Shown piece after piece: positions 53,501 to 62,042 of a stretch of DNA of 64,000 bases. The first letter of the stretch is position 1, and every line of letters begins with the position of its first letter. Origin of the DNA: an uncultured Clostridia bacterium (lineage in GTDB: Bacteria > Bacillota > Clostridia > TANB77 > CAG-508). The stretch lies in contig CALXJU010000003.1 of assembly GCA_944388705.1 (NCBI GenBank), positions 3,501-67,500 of the forward strand, given 5' to 3'. Made by a program: the position numbers and the translations under genes. A model generated the notes under the pieces. It saw only the letters and a program-made list of their open reading frames with translations. It was not told where the DNA came from and made no database searches.

Positions 53501-56423
53501 TTATGGAATTTATAATAGTAGTGGCGGAAATATAGAAATAAGAGGAGGAATGATAAATAGTAATAACGGTTATAGTTCTGATGGTTATGGAATTTATAAT
53601 AGTAGTGGAAATGTAAAAGTAACAGGAGGAACAATAAGTAGTAAGAGTAGCAGTAATAGTAGCAGTAGTAGGAGGAGTTGTGGAATTTATAATAATAATG
53701 GAAATATAGAAGTAACAGGAGGAACTTTAAGTAGTAGTAGTTCTAGAAATAATTATGGAATTTATAATTACAATACTGGAAATATAATAATAGGAATAAA
53801 AGGAGATGGAATAGTATTACAAGAAGAACCATACATATATGGGGAATACACAGGAACATCAAGTAGTTATGTAGGATATGGAATTTATAATACAAAAGGA
53901 AAATTATATTATTATGATGGAAAATTAGAAGGAAGTACAAAAGCAGTATATGATATTATAACAGAAAGAGAAGAAAATACGGAATTAAATTATAATGAAG
54001 ATGAAACAACCTTAACATTAAGTACAACTATAACAGATGTAGCTCAAATAGGAAATACTACTTATCCAACATTACAAGAAGCAATAGAAACAGTAGGAAC
54101 AGAACAAACAACAATAAAACTATTAAGAAACGTAACATATACGAGCCAAGATATAGAAATAATAATTTCAGGTGGTAAGAATATAATATTAGATTTAAAT
54201 GGATATAAGATAACATCAGCAATACCAGAGCAGGCTATAAAAAATGAAGGAATACTAGAAGTAATAGATACAAGCGAAGGACAAACAGGAATCATCACAA
54301 CAACAGAAGAAACAACAGTTAAAAATGTAGAAGGAGCAAAATTAAGTATATCAGGAGGAACCATAGAAAATAGAACAACACAAAGTATACACAACCAAGG
54401 TGAATTAATAATAGCCAAAGGTACAATAAATGGTAATATAAATGGAATTTATAATGATGGAAATGGAATAGTAAAAGTAACAGGAGGAACAGTAAGTAGT
54501 AGTTATAATTACGGAATCTATAATAACAATAATGGAAGTATAGAAGTGACGGACGGAACAGTAAAGGGTGCATACGGAATTTATAATAATGGTAATGGAA
54601 CAGTAAAAGTAAACGGCGGAATTATAGATAGTAATATTAATAGTGTTTATAGTTATGGGATTTATAATAACAATAATGGAAATGTAAGAGTGACCGGTGG
54701 AACAGTAAGTGGTAGATATGGAATTTATAACTATGATAACGGAACAATAGAAGTGACAGGGGGAACGGTAAGCAGTAATAGTAGGATTAGTGGAGGTAGC
54801 TATGGAATTTATAATTGCAGTACAGGAAATATAATAATAGGAATAAAAGGAGATGGACAAATATCACAAGAAGAACCATATATAAATGGAAGTTATACTA
54901 GTACATCGGATAGTTATATAAGCTATGGAATTTATAACAAGGAAGGAAATCTGTATTATTATGATGGAAAAATAGAAGGAAGTACAAGAGGAATATATGG
55001 TAATATAACTGAAATAGAAGAAAAAGCAGAATTATTAATATCTAGAGATTCAACAGAAGTAATACAATTAGAAGCAAAAGAAACAAATGTAGCAAAAGTA
55101 AATGGGACGGAATATGACTCAATACAAAAAGCAATACAAGCATGTGGACAAACAGAAAGTACAATAGAAATACTAAGAAATGCAGAACCTGGAGCAACAT
55201 TAATAATTGAAGAAGTGCAGAATATAACAATAAATTTAAATGGATATACATTTAATAACTATACAGAATTACAAAATAAAGGAATGCTAAAAATAGTAGA
55301 TAGTTCAGCAGAAAAAAATGGTAAAATCAAAAGTGAATATGGAATAGCTGTATTAAACTCAGGAACAATGACAGTAGAAAGTGGAGGAATATCAAATTCA
55401 GGATATGGAATACAAAATAATGGAACGCTAAATATAGAAGGAGGAAATATCACCAACAATACATATGGAATATATAATGATGGAACCGGAATAGTAACGA
55501 TAACAGGAGGAAATATAAATACAAACACATATGGAGTATATAATTATAGTGGGAAAGTTGATATTGAAACATCAGGAATAATCAATAATGACTATGGAAT
55601 CTATATTGCAGGAGGAACAACAAACATAAAAGAAGGAGCAGAAATACAGTCGAATGTTGGAATATATAATGCAAAGGGAAGATTAAACATAGGTGACACA
55701 GGCACAATGAATCCAGATAGTCCAATAATAACAGGAGAAACATATGGATTAGTAAATTTAGCAACAGGAACAACATATATGTATGATGGACAAGTAAAAG
55801 GAAAAGAAGGAGCAACACAAGGATATATAACATATGCAGAAAGTGGATATGCAGTATCAAATAAAGTAGAAGGAGAATATAGTATAGACTATTTAGTATT
55901 AGCTGGAACGGTAGAAACAGTAGCAGAAGTAAATGAAATAGCATTCTCTAATCTACAGTCAGCAATAAATAGTGTAATAGGAGAAGAAGCACAAACAGTA
56001 AAACTAACAAATGGAGTAATATTAAATTCAACATTACATATATCAGAAGGACAAAATATCATATTAGACATGAATGGAAAAACAATAAATTCAGATACAG
56101 ATATAACAATACAAAATGCAGGAAATTTAACAATAATAGACTCAAGTTTAAGTGGAGTAGGAAAAATCTCAAGTACAGTAGGAGTAGCAATAGAAAATAG
56201 TGGAACACTAACATTAGGGCAAGATGATGGAACAATAAGTCAAGACTTAATAACAATAGAAGGAAATACATATGGAATAATAAATAGTGGAACATTAAAC
56301 TTCTATGATGGAACAATGAATGGAGCATCAGCGATACAAGGAGTAATAACAGACAGACCAGAAGGATATGTAATAAGAATAACAACAGTAAATGGAAAAG
56401 AAAGATATTACTTATCAATATAA
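47568..56423 (+). CDS. Giant (2951-aa) secreted/membrane-anchored beta-helix-repeat adhesin-like protein
   Basis: GGAGG RBS. N-terminal TadE/G-like hydrophobic anchor (ERGAITLFVLLACLFFVFILTG). Ig-like modules are delimited by TNIDRTEPT/IDKVVPV/IDKTAPV/TNIDKEKPT. About 7 super-modules follow, each with a ..Y.T.QEAI.. cap, ILDLNG, and dozens of YGIYN-type turns. There is no C-terminal anchor. Confidence 0.85.
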   Translation: MEKNKKINRKNERGAITLFVLLACLFFVFILTGVYVYNLNKMQTQEQNIKQIQENYARDINNIDEIYNELSKSIKLELTQEPENGIWSQEVTLIGNAEVKEGKIVTIEEYAFSKDSTDETMLEWEIADNGERITETTKVTEGGTYYFWVKDSEGEIYQSNPVEVTNIDRTEPTAGSIVAKEENASGEEYDLTKSPWTDKSVYVEKVDGTDGESGHGETTYTVKKDGITIHENIKDPVILEESGIYQIVVTTKDNAGNEATSKPYEIKIDKVVPVLALKHNDANGEDYDGTWTKDDLYGEVNIDTSSTGKSVEKYQYSYNGVIWNDISSEIVPTSIDYTTTFPMNEDKPEWINGPINNGDYYFEVQEDGTLKPTNGGSTGNDNKNTVANSYFEIDLTDYPEAELQITINATISSEGADRGYATITTSETAPLYNSTDGRFIYVSGSTKTEDHTTTLTGGQKYYLHIGYRKDGSVSSNQDMFIINSIRLQSETLGSNINFTEYRKEGNKITFKLQEDVEEEIYIRAVYTDGTTSKYGDKTTIKIDKTAPVIENLNIEITSITEAKVDIKVTEDASGMRGYYISTENTEPTEENNWVEQSLKEFTIEGLNTDTIYYLWLIDNVGNISERQEVIIEKVNYQIDGKEIAVTLQEAIEKASDGSTIELLNDYTDTSTATFSKNITFDVQGYTLTRDKTITINSGKEVEITGTGKITSEVNNIDTITNNGTLTISDSLTIENMSTSSSYAPIYTNNSNSITNINDNVQIIGNYRGIYNSNGTVNINGGKIEATYEGSSAYGIYNYSRTTVKTYINSGEIKGYYGIYNGSSSTLEITGGKIIGTGAYGVYAYGTTNVYGGRIEGKTYGVYSNSTDKVTIGREEDELSTTQPAIYGANYGIYMSNTTYSFNFYNGVIISNTRKTAYRGQVNLRTGHMTYTYIDYEVEQKYCTVLTPTVGNIEMKVEPTEYTNKNVTVTITYPYTQGITREYSEDGTEWKQADEYVQEVIVEENRTIYARTINESGVIIEEKQIEVTNIDKEKPTVEVTPSQTKYTVIETNGTIDLNITIKAQDSGVSGLNQMQYAWIEEGKTPSYIDFTNEITINKTKLKLGTYYLYINVTDKAGNKADIEQIRYTVEYQEPVAQIGDTKYLTIQEAIEACSKTAGETQTTIEILKSTDEEFSTYEGQNIILDLKGNTIGSSNSNTPICTNNGTLQIVDTSTEKTGKLESLNGTAIENKGTLTIGDNGTEIEMEVPTIYGKQIGIKNEYILNFYDGKIQGTAPIQGNVTNTPAEYGPVSTNYENGITTIQLGVVSGYEARIEWVYYTTVQEAIDATQIYKDGYKDTVTIIKNIQLNEILEINSIKNVILDLNGYELTVVDGNNRVINNYGNLEITDSSVEETGVLTITSTSTCYGIYNNEKGKVIVSKGDIKSTFYGIYNNSSEDIEIRGGNIYCTSTNYVYGIYNNNGGDIIIEGGNISNTNTTNNSSYGIYNRYGNIFINKGEITSISGSSNYGIYNANDGNVIITDGIVQAVYYGNSSSYSYGIYNAKNGNIIVKGGEVTSSTKYSYYASNAIYNEKDGSVIIEGGVLNAKGANSVFGIVNKGKLEMNGGVIKGGEATYGGKGIRNIDNGIVEINGGEIYGIRSTSIYNEDSGKIIINDGIIRSSDIRSSSASNSSSVYNASNGEIIIRGGEFYCVGDGATVYGVYNNSDGTIIIGNKEDGQLSNQTPNIKAEYTGTSSSYNGYGVYNSIGIIEFYDGIIQGSSNALYGNIGKIEDGCKLEEKEVDGNDAIYLVNNTEKENIVQVDNTKYTALSEAIDSIGENEEKKIVVLKDFEISEPVLFNKNIILDLNGKKVTNKYYRIENINNLTITDSSLEESGLIETTVNPAILNSENKINISRGNINCSDITYGIYNKYGDIEITGGNITFNNTSYGIFNANNGNIKIINGTVECTSTYAIYNNDVGSIEVTGGTVSIKNRTTSGTTYGIYNSSGGNIEIRGGMINSNNGYSSDGYGIYNSSGNVKVTGGTISSKSSSNSSSSRRSCGIYNNNGNIEVTGGTLSSSSSRNNYGIYNYNTGNIIIGIKGDGIVLQEEPYIYGEYTGTSSSYVGYGIYNTKGKLYYYDGKLEGSTKAVYDIITEREENTELNYNEDETTLTLSTTITDVAQIGNTTYPTLQEAIETVGTEQTTIKLLRNVTYTSQDIEIIISGGKNIILDLNGYKITSAIPEQAIKNEGILEVIDTSEGQTGIITTTEETTVKNVEGAKLSISGGTIENRTTQSIHNQGELIIAKGTINGNINGIYNDGNGIVKVTGGTVSSSYNYGIYNNNNGSIEVTDGTVKGAYGIYNNGNGTVKVNGGIIDSNINSVYSYGIYNNNNGNVRVTGGTVSGRYGIYNYDNGTIEVTGGTVSSNSRISGGSYGIYNCSTGNIIIGIKGDGQISQEEPYINGSYTSTSDSYISYGIYNKEGNLYYYDGKIEGSTRGIYGNITEIEEKAELLISRDSTEVIQLEAKETNVAKVNGTEYDSIQKAIQACGQTESTIEILRNAEPGATLIIEEVQNITINLNGYTFNNYTELQNKGMLKIVDSSAEKNGKIKSEYGIAVLNSGTMTVESGGISNSGYGIQNNGTLNIEGGNITNNTYGIYNDGTGIVTITGGNINTNTYGVYNYSGKVDIETSGIINNDYGIYIAGGTTNIKEGAEIQSNVGIYNAKGRLNIGDTGTMNPDSPIITGETYGLVNLATGTTYMYDGQVKGKEGATQGYITYAESGYAVSNKVEGEYSIDYLVLAGTVETVAEVNEIAFSNLQSAINSVIGEEAQTVKLTNGVILNSTLHISEGQNIILDMNGKTINSDTDITIQNAGNLTIIDSSLSGVGKISSTVGVAIENSGTLTLGQDDGTISQDLITIEGNTYGIINSGTLNFYDGTMNGASAIQGVITDRPEGYVIRITTVNGKERYYLSI

Positions 56424-56448
56424 AAAGCCAACCATAAAATCACATAAA

Positions 56449-56484
56449 AAGACACTTTGTAAGAATAATTTTACAGAGTGTCTT
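56449..56484 (+). terminator. Hairpin after the giant gene
   Basis: AAGACACTTTGTAA-N8-TTACAGAGTGTCTT (14 bp, one G-T pair). The T-run is weak. Confidence 0.45.
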
Positions 56485-56641
56485 AAAATTTAGAAGAAAT
56501 AATAGAAATAACATTTTTTAAAATCAAAAAATTAGGAAACTCAACCTAAAAATTCATTATTAAAAATAATATAAAAATATTGAAAAAAATAAAATAATAT
56601 AGTAAAATGAGACTGTTAAAATAAAAAGGAAGGGAAAACAA

Positions 56642-58147
56642 ATGGAAAAATTAAAAGAAAAAATCAAAAAAATAACATTAAAACAATGGCATATTGCACT
56701 AATAATATTTGGAATAATATTTGTAGGACTAGGGGCATTCCATAGAAATCTATGGTTTGATGAAGCGTATTCAGTAGGAATGGCAAGACAAAGTTTTGCA
56801 GACATATGGACAATAGGGGGACATGATGTACATCCAGTATTATATTATTGGATATTACATATAATATATCTAATAACAGGAGGTTCAATAGTAGCGTATA
56901 GATTAGCATCAGTAGTACCAATAGCAATAGTAATAATATTAGGATATACACATATAAGAAAAGATTTTGGAGAAAAAGTTGGATTTATATTTACATTTTT
57001 AGCAATATTTTTACCAGAAATGGCAACATATGCAATAGAAATAAGAATGTATGGCTGGGCAATGTTAACAGTAACATTACTTGCAATATATGCATGGAGA
57101 CTTGCAAAAGAAGATAATACAAAAAATTGGATAATATTTGGAATATCAAGTATAGCAAGTATATTTTTACACTATTATGGATTAATGGCAGCAGGACTAA
57201 TAAATGTAGTATTATTAATACATTTAATAAGAAACAAAAGAAAAAAAGGTTTAATATTTATAATATCATTTGGAGTAGTACAAGCAATTGCATATTTACC
57301 ATGGTTAGTATATCTTTCAACACAAATTAGTCATGTATCAGCAGGATTTTGGATAGGATTTGATTTTCCAAAAACTTTAATGGAATTAACAAGTTCACAA
57401 TTATCAGGATATATAAGAACAACAGAAGTCTCAGAATTATTAGTACCAACAGTACTAGCATTTGAGTTATATGGATATATAATTTATAAAACATATAAAT
57501 TCCATAAAGAAAAACAAGATTTAAAACCATTTAAATGGGCAGTAATAATGTATTTTGCAGTAATAGTTGCAGCATTAGTAATTACAATAATATTAAGACA
57601 ATCAATTTTATATTATAGATACTTATTTATATTAACAGGATTATACATATTTGCAATAAGCTTTATATTATCAAAAGAAAAAAGCAAAGTAGCAGTTGTA
57701 TCAATATTATCAGTTATAGCAATACTAGGAGTATTCTATAATTCTTGGATGGTAATAGATAATTATAGTAGTTCAAATGAAGAAGTTCTAAAATATATAG
57801 AAGAAAATATCAAACCAGAAGATACAGTAGTATATAGTGATTGCGGAGTAGGTTCAGTTGCAGCAAATCATTGCCTAGAAAGTCAAGTATACTTCTATAA
57901 TGGAGATGATTGGGGAGTACAAGAAGCTTATAAAGCATTTGGACCAAATTACGAAACAGTCGTAACAGAAGATTTTAAAGATAAGATATCATCTAAGAGA
58001 ATTTGGGTTATAGATAATGCTTGGGGTTCAGCAGCTGATGATATGTTTGGAGATGAAACAAAATATAAAAAGATTAGTGAAGAAAAATTTTATACAGATT
58101 ACCATGATTATGGTTGGGGAATAACTTTAATAGAACAATTACCATAG
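56642..58147 (+). CDS. GT-C fold glycosyltransferase (family 39, ArnT/PMT-like)
   Basis: About 11 TM segments, an LWFDEAYS acidic motif in the first loop, and a soluble C-terminal domain. Confidence 0.75.
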   Translation: MEKLKEKIKKITLKQWHIALIIFGIIFVGLGAFHRNLWFDEAYSVGMARQSFADIWTIGGHDVHPVLYYWILHIIYLITGGSIVAYRLASVVPIAIVIILGYTHIRKDFGEKVGFIFTFLAIFLPEMATYAIEIRMYGWAMLTVTLLAIYAWRLAKEDNTKNWIIFGISSIASIFLHYYGLMAAGLINVVLLIHLIRNKRKKGLIFIISFGVVQAIAYLPWLVYLSTQISHVSAGFWIGFDFPKTLMELTSSQLSGYIRTTEVSELLVPTVLAFELYGYIIYKTYKFHKEKQDLKPFKWAVIMYFAVIVAALVITIILRQSILYYRYLFILTGLYIFAISFILSKEKSKVAVVSILSVIAILGVFYNSWMVIDNYSSSNEEVLKYIEENIKPEDTVVYSDCGVGSVAANHCLESQVYFYNGDDWGVQEAYKAFGPNYETVVTEDFKDKISSKRIWVIDNAWGSAADDMFGDETKYKKISEEKFYTDYHDYGWGITLIEQLP

Positions 58148-58239
58148 GGATTAATCCTTATGGTAAAATTTTTTTACAAAAAGAATTCTTATGAAAATAA
58201 TGTAAAAATAAAAAAAGTGGCTTGATAAAAGCCATTTTT

Positions 58240-58440
58240 TTATGCAAGACCATATTTCTTTTTAAATTTATCTGCTCTACCACCTTTAGTATCAAGTCTT
58301 AAGTTACCTGTCCAATATGGATGACATTTTGAGCAAACATCTACTTTTAAATCTTTTTTTGTTGAACCAACTTCTAAAACATTTCCACATGCACATGTGA
58401 TTGTTGTTTGGTTATATGTTGGATGTATTCCTTCTTTCAT
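58240..58440 (-). CDS. rpmE: 50S ribosomal protein L31 (Zn-ribbon type)
   Basis: [23 protein letters not shown]....[11 protein letters not shown]. Confidence 0.95.
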   Translation of the reverse strand: MKEGIHPTYNQTTITCACGNVLEVGSTKKDLKVDVCSKCHPYWTGNLRLDTKGGRADKFKKKYGLA

Positions 58441-58515
58441 TTGCAATTCACCTCTTTCTTAATAAAGTAATTTTTGCCATATATTATATTACCATATTTT
58501 TTTAAAATTTTCAAG

Positions 58516-58680
58516 TTATTTATCTAAATTTTCTGAATCTTTTTGTTGTTCTACATAAGTTGCAGAAGCTTCTAATTCATCTTTTAAAGATTTTTTATTA
58601 ACTAATTTACTCATTATATTAAAAATGCATGCAATAATTAAAATAAATAAACCGATTTTTTTCCAATATTTAGCTAACAT
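58516..58680 (-). CDS. 54-aa small membrane protein (hypothetical)
   Basis: AAGGAG lies 8 nt upstream of the ATG. Product MLAKYWKKIGLFILIIACIFNIM... It is below the ORF-track size cutoff. Confidence 0.4.
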   Translation of the reverse strand: MLAKYWKKIGLFILIIACIFNIMSKLVNKKSLKDELEASATYVEQQKDSENLDK

Positions 58681-58818
58681 AATAATCTCCTTTAAAAAAT
58701 TAATACACTATTAATTATACTATATTTTTGAATTTTGTCAATATTATTTGCATTTTTGGGTTAAAATAATTAAAAATATGTTTTTTAAATAAAAATATTT
58801 AAAAAGAAAGAGGTCAAA

Positions 58819-59532
58819 ATGAAAAAAGTTATAATAACAATAATAATTATTTTATCAGCTATTGGAATAGGGTGTTGGTGGTATTTTTCTAATAAAAATG
58901 ACAATGAGCCACAACAGAACAATTATCAAGCAGAAAAAAGTAGTACAAATATAAATACAAGTAATACAAATACAGATACAAATTCGAACACAAATACTAA
59001 CACAAATACTGACACGAATTCAACAAAAACAAAACAACCCGAAACACCAAAACAAACAGAAGAGTCAAAGCCTAAAGTAGAAACAGAAATATCAGCATTT
59101 TCAACAAAAATATATAACAAAGATTCAGAAAGGCAAAATAATATAACAATAACTTGTAAAGCAATATCAGGAAAGGAAATACAACCAAATGAAGTTTTCT
59201 CATTTTGTGATACAGTAGGAAAATCAACAAGTTCAAAAGGATATCAAGAAGCTGATATATATGTAGACGGAGAAAAGAAACAAGGATTAGGAGGAGGAAA
59301 CTGTCAAGTAAGTACAACATTATATAATGCAGTTGCAAAAATTCCAGAATTAGAGGTAGTAGAAAGGCATCAACATAGTGGACATGTGCCATATATAAAA
59401 GATGGACAAGATGCAGCAGTTGCATATGGAAGTTATGATTTTAAATTTAAAAATAATACAGGAAGTGTGATAAAAGTAGTAATGGAAAATACAGCAGAAA
59501 ATATTACAGCCAAAATAATAAAAATAACATGA
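58819..59532 (+). CDS. VanW-family protein with an N-terminal TM and a low-complexity N/T-rich linker
   Basis: FSFCDTVGKSTSSKGY, GLGGGNCQVSTTLYNA and ERHQHS motifs. Confidence 0.8.
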   Translation: MKKVIITIIIILSAIGIGCWWYFSNKNDNEPQQNNYQAEKSSTNINTSNTNTDTNSNTNTNTNTDTNSTKTKQPETPKQTEESKPKVETEISAFSTKIYNKDSERQNNITITCKAISGKEIQPNEVFSFCDTVGKSTSSKGYQEADIYVDGEKKQGLGGGNCQVSTTLYNAVAKIPELEVVERHQHSGHVPYIKDGQDAAVAYGSYDFKFKNNTGSVIKVVMENTAENITAKIIKIT

Positions 59533-59607
59533 TAAAAAAATAAAAAATAAATAAAAAAAGAATTGACGAAACCAAAAAAGTATGATATATAAATATGGTA
59601 AAAAAAA

Positions 59608-59682
59608 GGCCCGTTGGTCAAGCGGCTAAGACGCCACCCTCTCAAGGTGGAATCATGGGTTCGATTCCCGTACGGGTCACCA
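59608..59682 (+). tRNA. tRNA-Glu (anticodon CUC), CCA encoded
   Basis: Acceptor GGCCCGT/ACGGGTC. Anticodon stem CCACC/GGTGG with loop CTCTCAA. T-arm ATGGG-TTCGATT-CCCGT. 3' ACCA. TTGACG-17-TATATA promoter about 20 nt upstream. Confidence 0.9.
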
Positions 59683-59771
59683 TATCTGTATAATATTAGA
59701 GTATCAATACTTCCAGAGAAAAAGATTGATATTCTATTTTTATATTTAACACACTTTTAACACTTTAGTTT

Positions 59772-60878
59772 TTATAAAAGCTTATTTAATTTATTTACAG
59801 CTTCTGTTTTTGTTTTAGGCAAAACATGTAAATATATTTGTGTTATGGTTATATCAGAATGGCCCATTAAATCTTGTACGGTTTTTAAATCTATACCTTT
59901 AGTTAAAAGCATAGTTGCATAGGTATGTCTTAACGCGTGAAATTTTCTGTATTTAATATTGTTACTATTTAAAGCCTTTTTCCAATTTCCAAATAAGGTT
60001 TTGGAAGAAATAGGTTGTCCATTTTCGCTAAAAACAAATTCAGATTCTTTTTTCATATTAGACAATATAGATATTAGTTTGTCAGGCAAATCAACTTTGC
60101 GTATTGAATTTTTTGTTTTAGGAGTAGAATATATTGTTTGTAAAGTTTTATTTTCATTACTGTCAAAAACATAAATTTTCTTCACACTTTCTTTTACTTC
60201 CAAATATTTTTTGTCTAAATGTACATTTTTCCATTTTAAGGCTAAAATTTCTCCCTGTCTTAATCCAGTTCCTAAAGCAAACAGTATTAAATTTTCAAAT
60301 TTGTGTCCTTTGAATGCCTTTTTTAATTGTTTTATTTCTTTTTCGTTAAAATATTCAATATCTGATTTTATATTATTAATTTTTTTATTCGGAATTGTTA
60401 TATTGTTACAAGGATTTTTTAATATAAATCCTTCACGTTCTGCATAAGAGAAAAATTGTTTCAATAGTTTATTTAATTTTTGTATTTGTGAATAAGTTTT
60501 ATTTTTTCCTAACTTATTATAATATTCTTGAATATGTAAAGATTTTGTATTATAAACTTTTAAATATGCTATATCAGAATTTTTAATATAGTTTCTGTAA
60601 ACTCCTTCATACGATAGAAAAGAAGATGGTTTTACTTCATTAATTTTTACCTGAAATAACCATTTATGAATAAGCATATCAATTGTAACTGTTTCAAAAT
60701 CTAAAGACATTCCACTATTTAATTTATTTATATAATCATCAGCTTTTTTTATTGCATCCTTTTTGCCATTTCCATAAAATGGTTTTCTAATAGGTTTACC
60801 ATCTGCCATATGTCCTATTGTTTTTGTAATTCGATAATATTTTTTACCATTTATTTCACAATTATATTCTATGGCCAT
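59772..60878 (-). CDS. int: Tyrosine recombinase (phage integrase)
   Basis: C-terminal ...[30 protein letters not shown] (R..H-x-x-R..Y catalytic pattern). ATG at 60878 with a GGAGGT RBS. Confidence 0.9.
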   Translation of the reverse strand: MAIEYNCEINGKKYYRITKTIGHMADGKPIRKPFYGNGKKDAIKKADDYINKLNSGMSLDFETVTIDMLIHKWLFQVKINEVKPSSFLSYEGVYRNYIKNSDIAYLKVYNTKSLHIQEYYNKLGKNKTYSQIQKLNKLLKQFFSYAEREGFILKNPCNNITIPNKKINNIKSDIEYFNEKEIKQLKKAFKGHKFENLILFALGTGLRQGEILALKWKNVHLDKKYLEVKESVKKIYVFDSNENKTLQTIYSTPKTKNSIRKVDLPDKLISILSNMKKESEFVFSENGQPISSKTLFGNWKKALNSNNIKYRKFHALRHTYATMLLTKGIDLKTVQDLMGHSDITITQIYLHVLPKTKTEAVNKLNKLL

Positions 60879-61028
60879 AAAAAATACCTCCATTTTTTAA
60901 TAATTTATTTTTAATAAACTATTGAAAATGAAAGCAAATTCTTGTATAATAAAAATACAATCACTTTCAATAGTGTTTATGAATGAGAAATATGTACCGT
61001 GTCGCAAACGTTGTAACATATTTCTCTT

Positions 61029-61241
61029 TTATTTTATCTCTTTATTGTTATAGGCATTATCAATATCATAGTAAAACATTCCAAGTCCATATATTACTAT
61101 AATAAATGTAAATAATCCGTTAAATGAACCAGAAATCCCTATTGACATTAACAAACTACTAATCCCTGTAACACCAAAAATCAATATATAAAAAATAATT
61201 ATTACATATAAAATTTGACTTATTAATTTTATTATTTTCAT
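61029..61241 (-). CDS. 70-aa two-TM membrane protein downstream of the repressor
   Basis: It abuts the repressor stop. Two hydrophobic helices. Confidence 0.4.
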   Translation of the reverse strand: MKIIKLISQILYVIIIFYILIFGVTGISSLLMSIGISGSFNGLFTFIIVIYGLGMFYYDIDNAYNNKEIK

Positions 61242-61865
61242 TTAAAACTCCCTCTTTAATTGTTTTACTACACCAACAATAGTAACAGGTATAGTTTTCA
61301 TTTCATCGTAAGTAAATATAAGTGGTTCATAGCTACTATTCAATGGTTGTAATAATATTCCAACTTCACTTTTTTTCCCTTTCTTAATTGTTGCTTCATC
61401 ACCATTTATGATTGCAACTACTATATCTCCATTTTCGAAATCTTCTTGTTTCTTTATTATAACAATATCATCTTCAACAAGAACAGGGGACATACTATCG
61501 CCATGTACTTTTAAAGCAATAAAATCTTTTCCATCTCCAACTAAAGAAGTTTCAACATCAACTGTTCCTATCCAATTTTCTTGAGCCAGATAATTATATC
61601 CAGCCTTAACCGTACCAAGAATAGGAATAGATACAACAGGATTACCAAATTTATCAGTTTTAGGTTCGTCTAAACACATTAGATAAGATGGAGTTACACC
61701 AAATAAATTAGATAGTATTTCAATTGATGAACGTTTCATATTTTTAACATTACCTTTTTCATATTTCATAATAGCTGCTTTTTTCACACCAATATATTTA
61801 CCTAATTCTTCTTGGGTAAGGCCTTTTTCCAATCGAAGTTGTTTTATTCTATCTCCCATATTCAT
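61242..61865 (-). CDS. CI/LexA-like repressor (XRE HTH + S24 peptidase)
   Basis: IKQLRLEKGLTQEELGKYIGVKKAAIMKYEKG (HTH) and VHGDSMSP...ATIKK (Ser/Lys dyad). ATG at 61865 with a GGAGG RBS. Confidence 0.85.
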   Translation of the reverse strand: MNMGDRIKQLRLEKGLTQEELGKYIGVKKAAIMKYEKGNVKNMKRSSIEILSNLFGVTPSYLMCLDEPKTDKFGNPVVSIPILGTVKAGYNYLAQENWIGTVDVETSLVGDGKDFIALKVHGDSMSPVLVEDDIVIIKKQEDFENGDIVVAIINGDEATIKKGKKSEVGILLQPLNSSYEPLIFTYDEMKTIPVTIVGVVKQLKREF

Positions 61866-61883
61866 AAGATTAACCTCCTCAAA

Positions 61884-62020
61884 GTATCTTAATTTTATCA
61901 TATTAATACAGATATTGCAAGGTTTTTACGATAAAGTATCTTAAAAATTTAATTTTTTTTCAAAAATATATTGACAAGAATAAAAAAATGATATACTATA
62001 CTTGTATCTTAAAAAGATAC
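61884..62020. promoter_or_regulatory. Lysogeny switch region: repeated GTATCTTAA operator half-sites and a rightward promoter
   Basis: GTATCTTAA at 61884, 61936 and 62004. The perfect palindrome GTATCTTAAAAAGATAC is at 62004-62020. TTGACA (61971) precedes TGATATACT. Confidence 0.55.
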
Positions 62021-62042
62021 AAAAAAGAAAAGAGGTGTATTT

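Noticed and set aside
47653-56418. Two dozen minus-strand ORFs of 60-322 aa (for example 47902-48870) antisense to the giant gene
   Set aside because: Their products are Leu/His/Phe/Tyr-rich low-complexity strings. They exist only because the purine-rich sense strand almost lacks TTA, CTA and TCA. They have no RBS and lie fully inside a well-supported 2951-aa ORF.
58930-59030. Imperfect AATACA/GATACA/AACACA tandem repeats
   Set aside because: They encode the in-frame low-complexity NTNTDTNSNT linker of the VanW-family protein. This is not a CRISPR or a non-coding satellite.
59433-59645. 70-aa minus-strand ORF
   Set aside because: It overlaps the tRNA-Glu gene and the VanW gene terminus, and it has no RBS.
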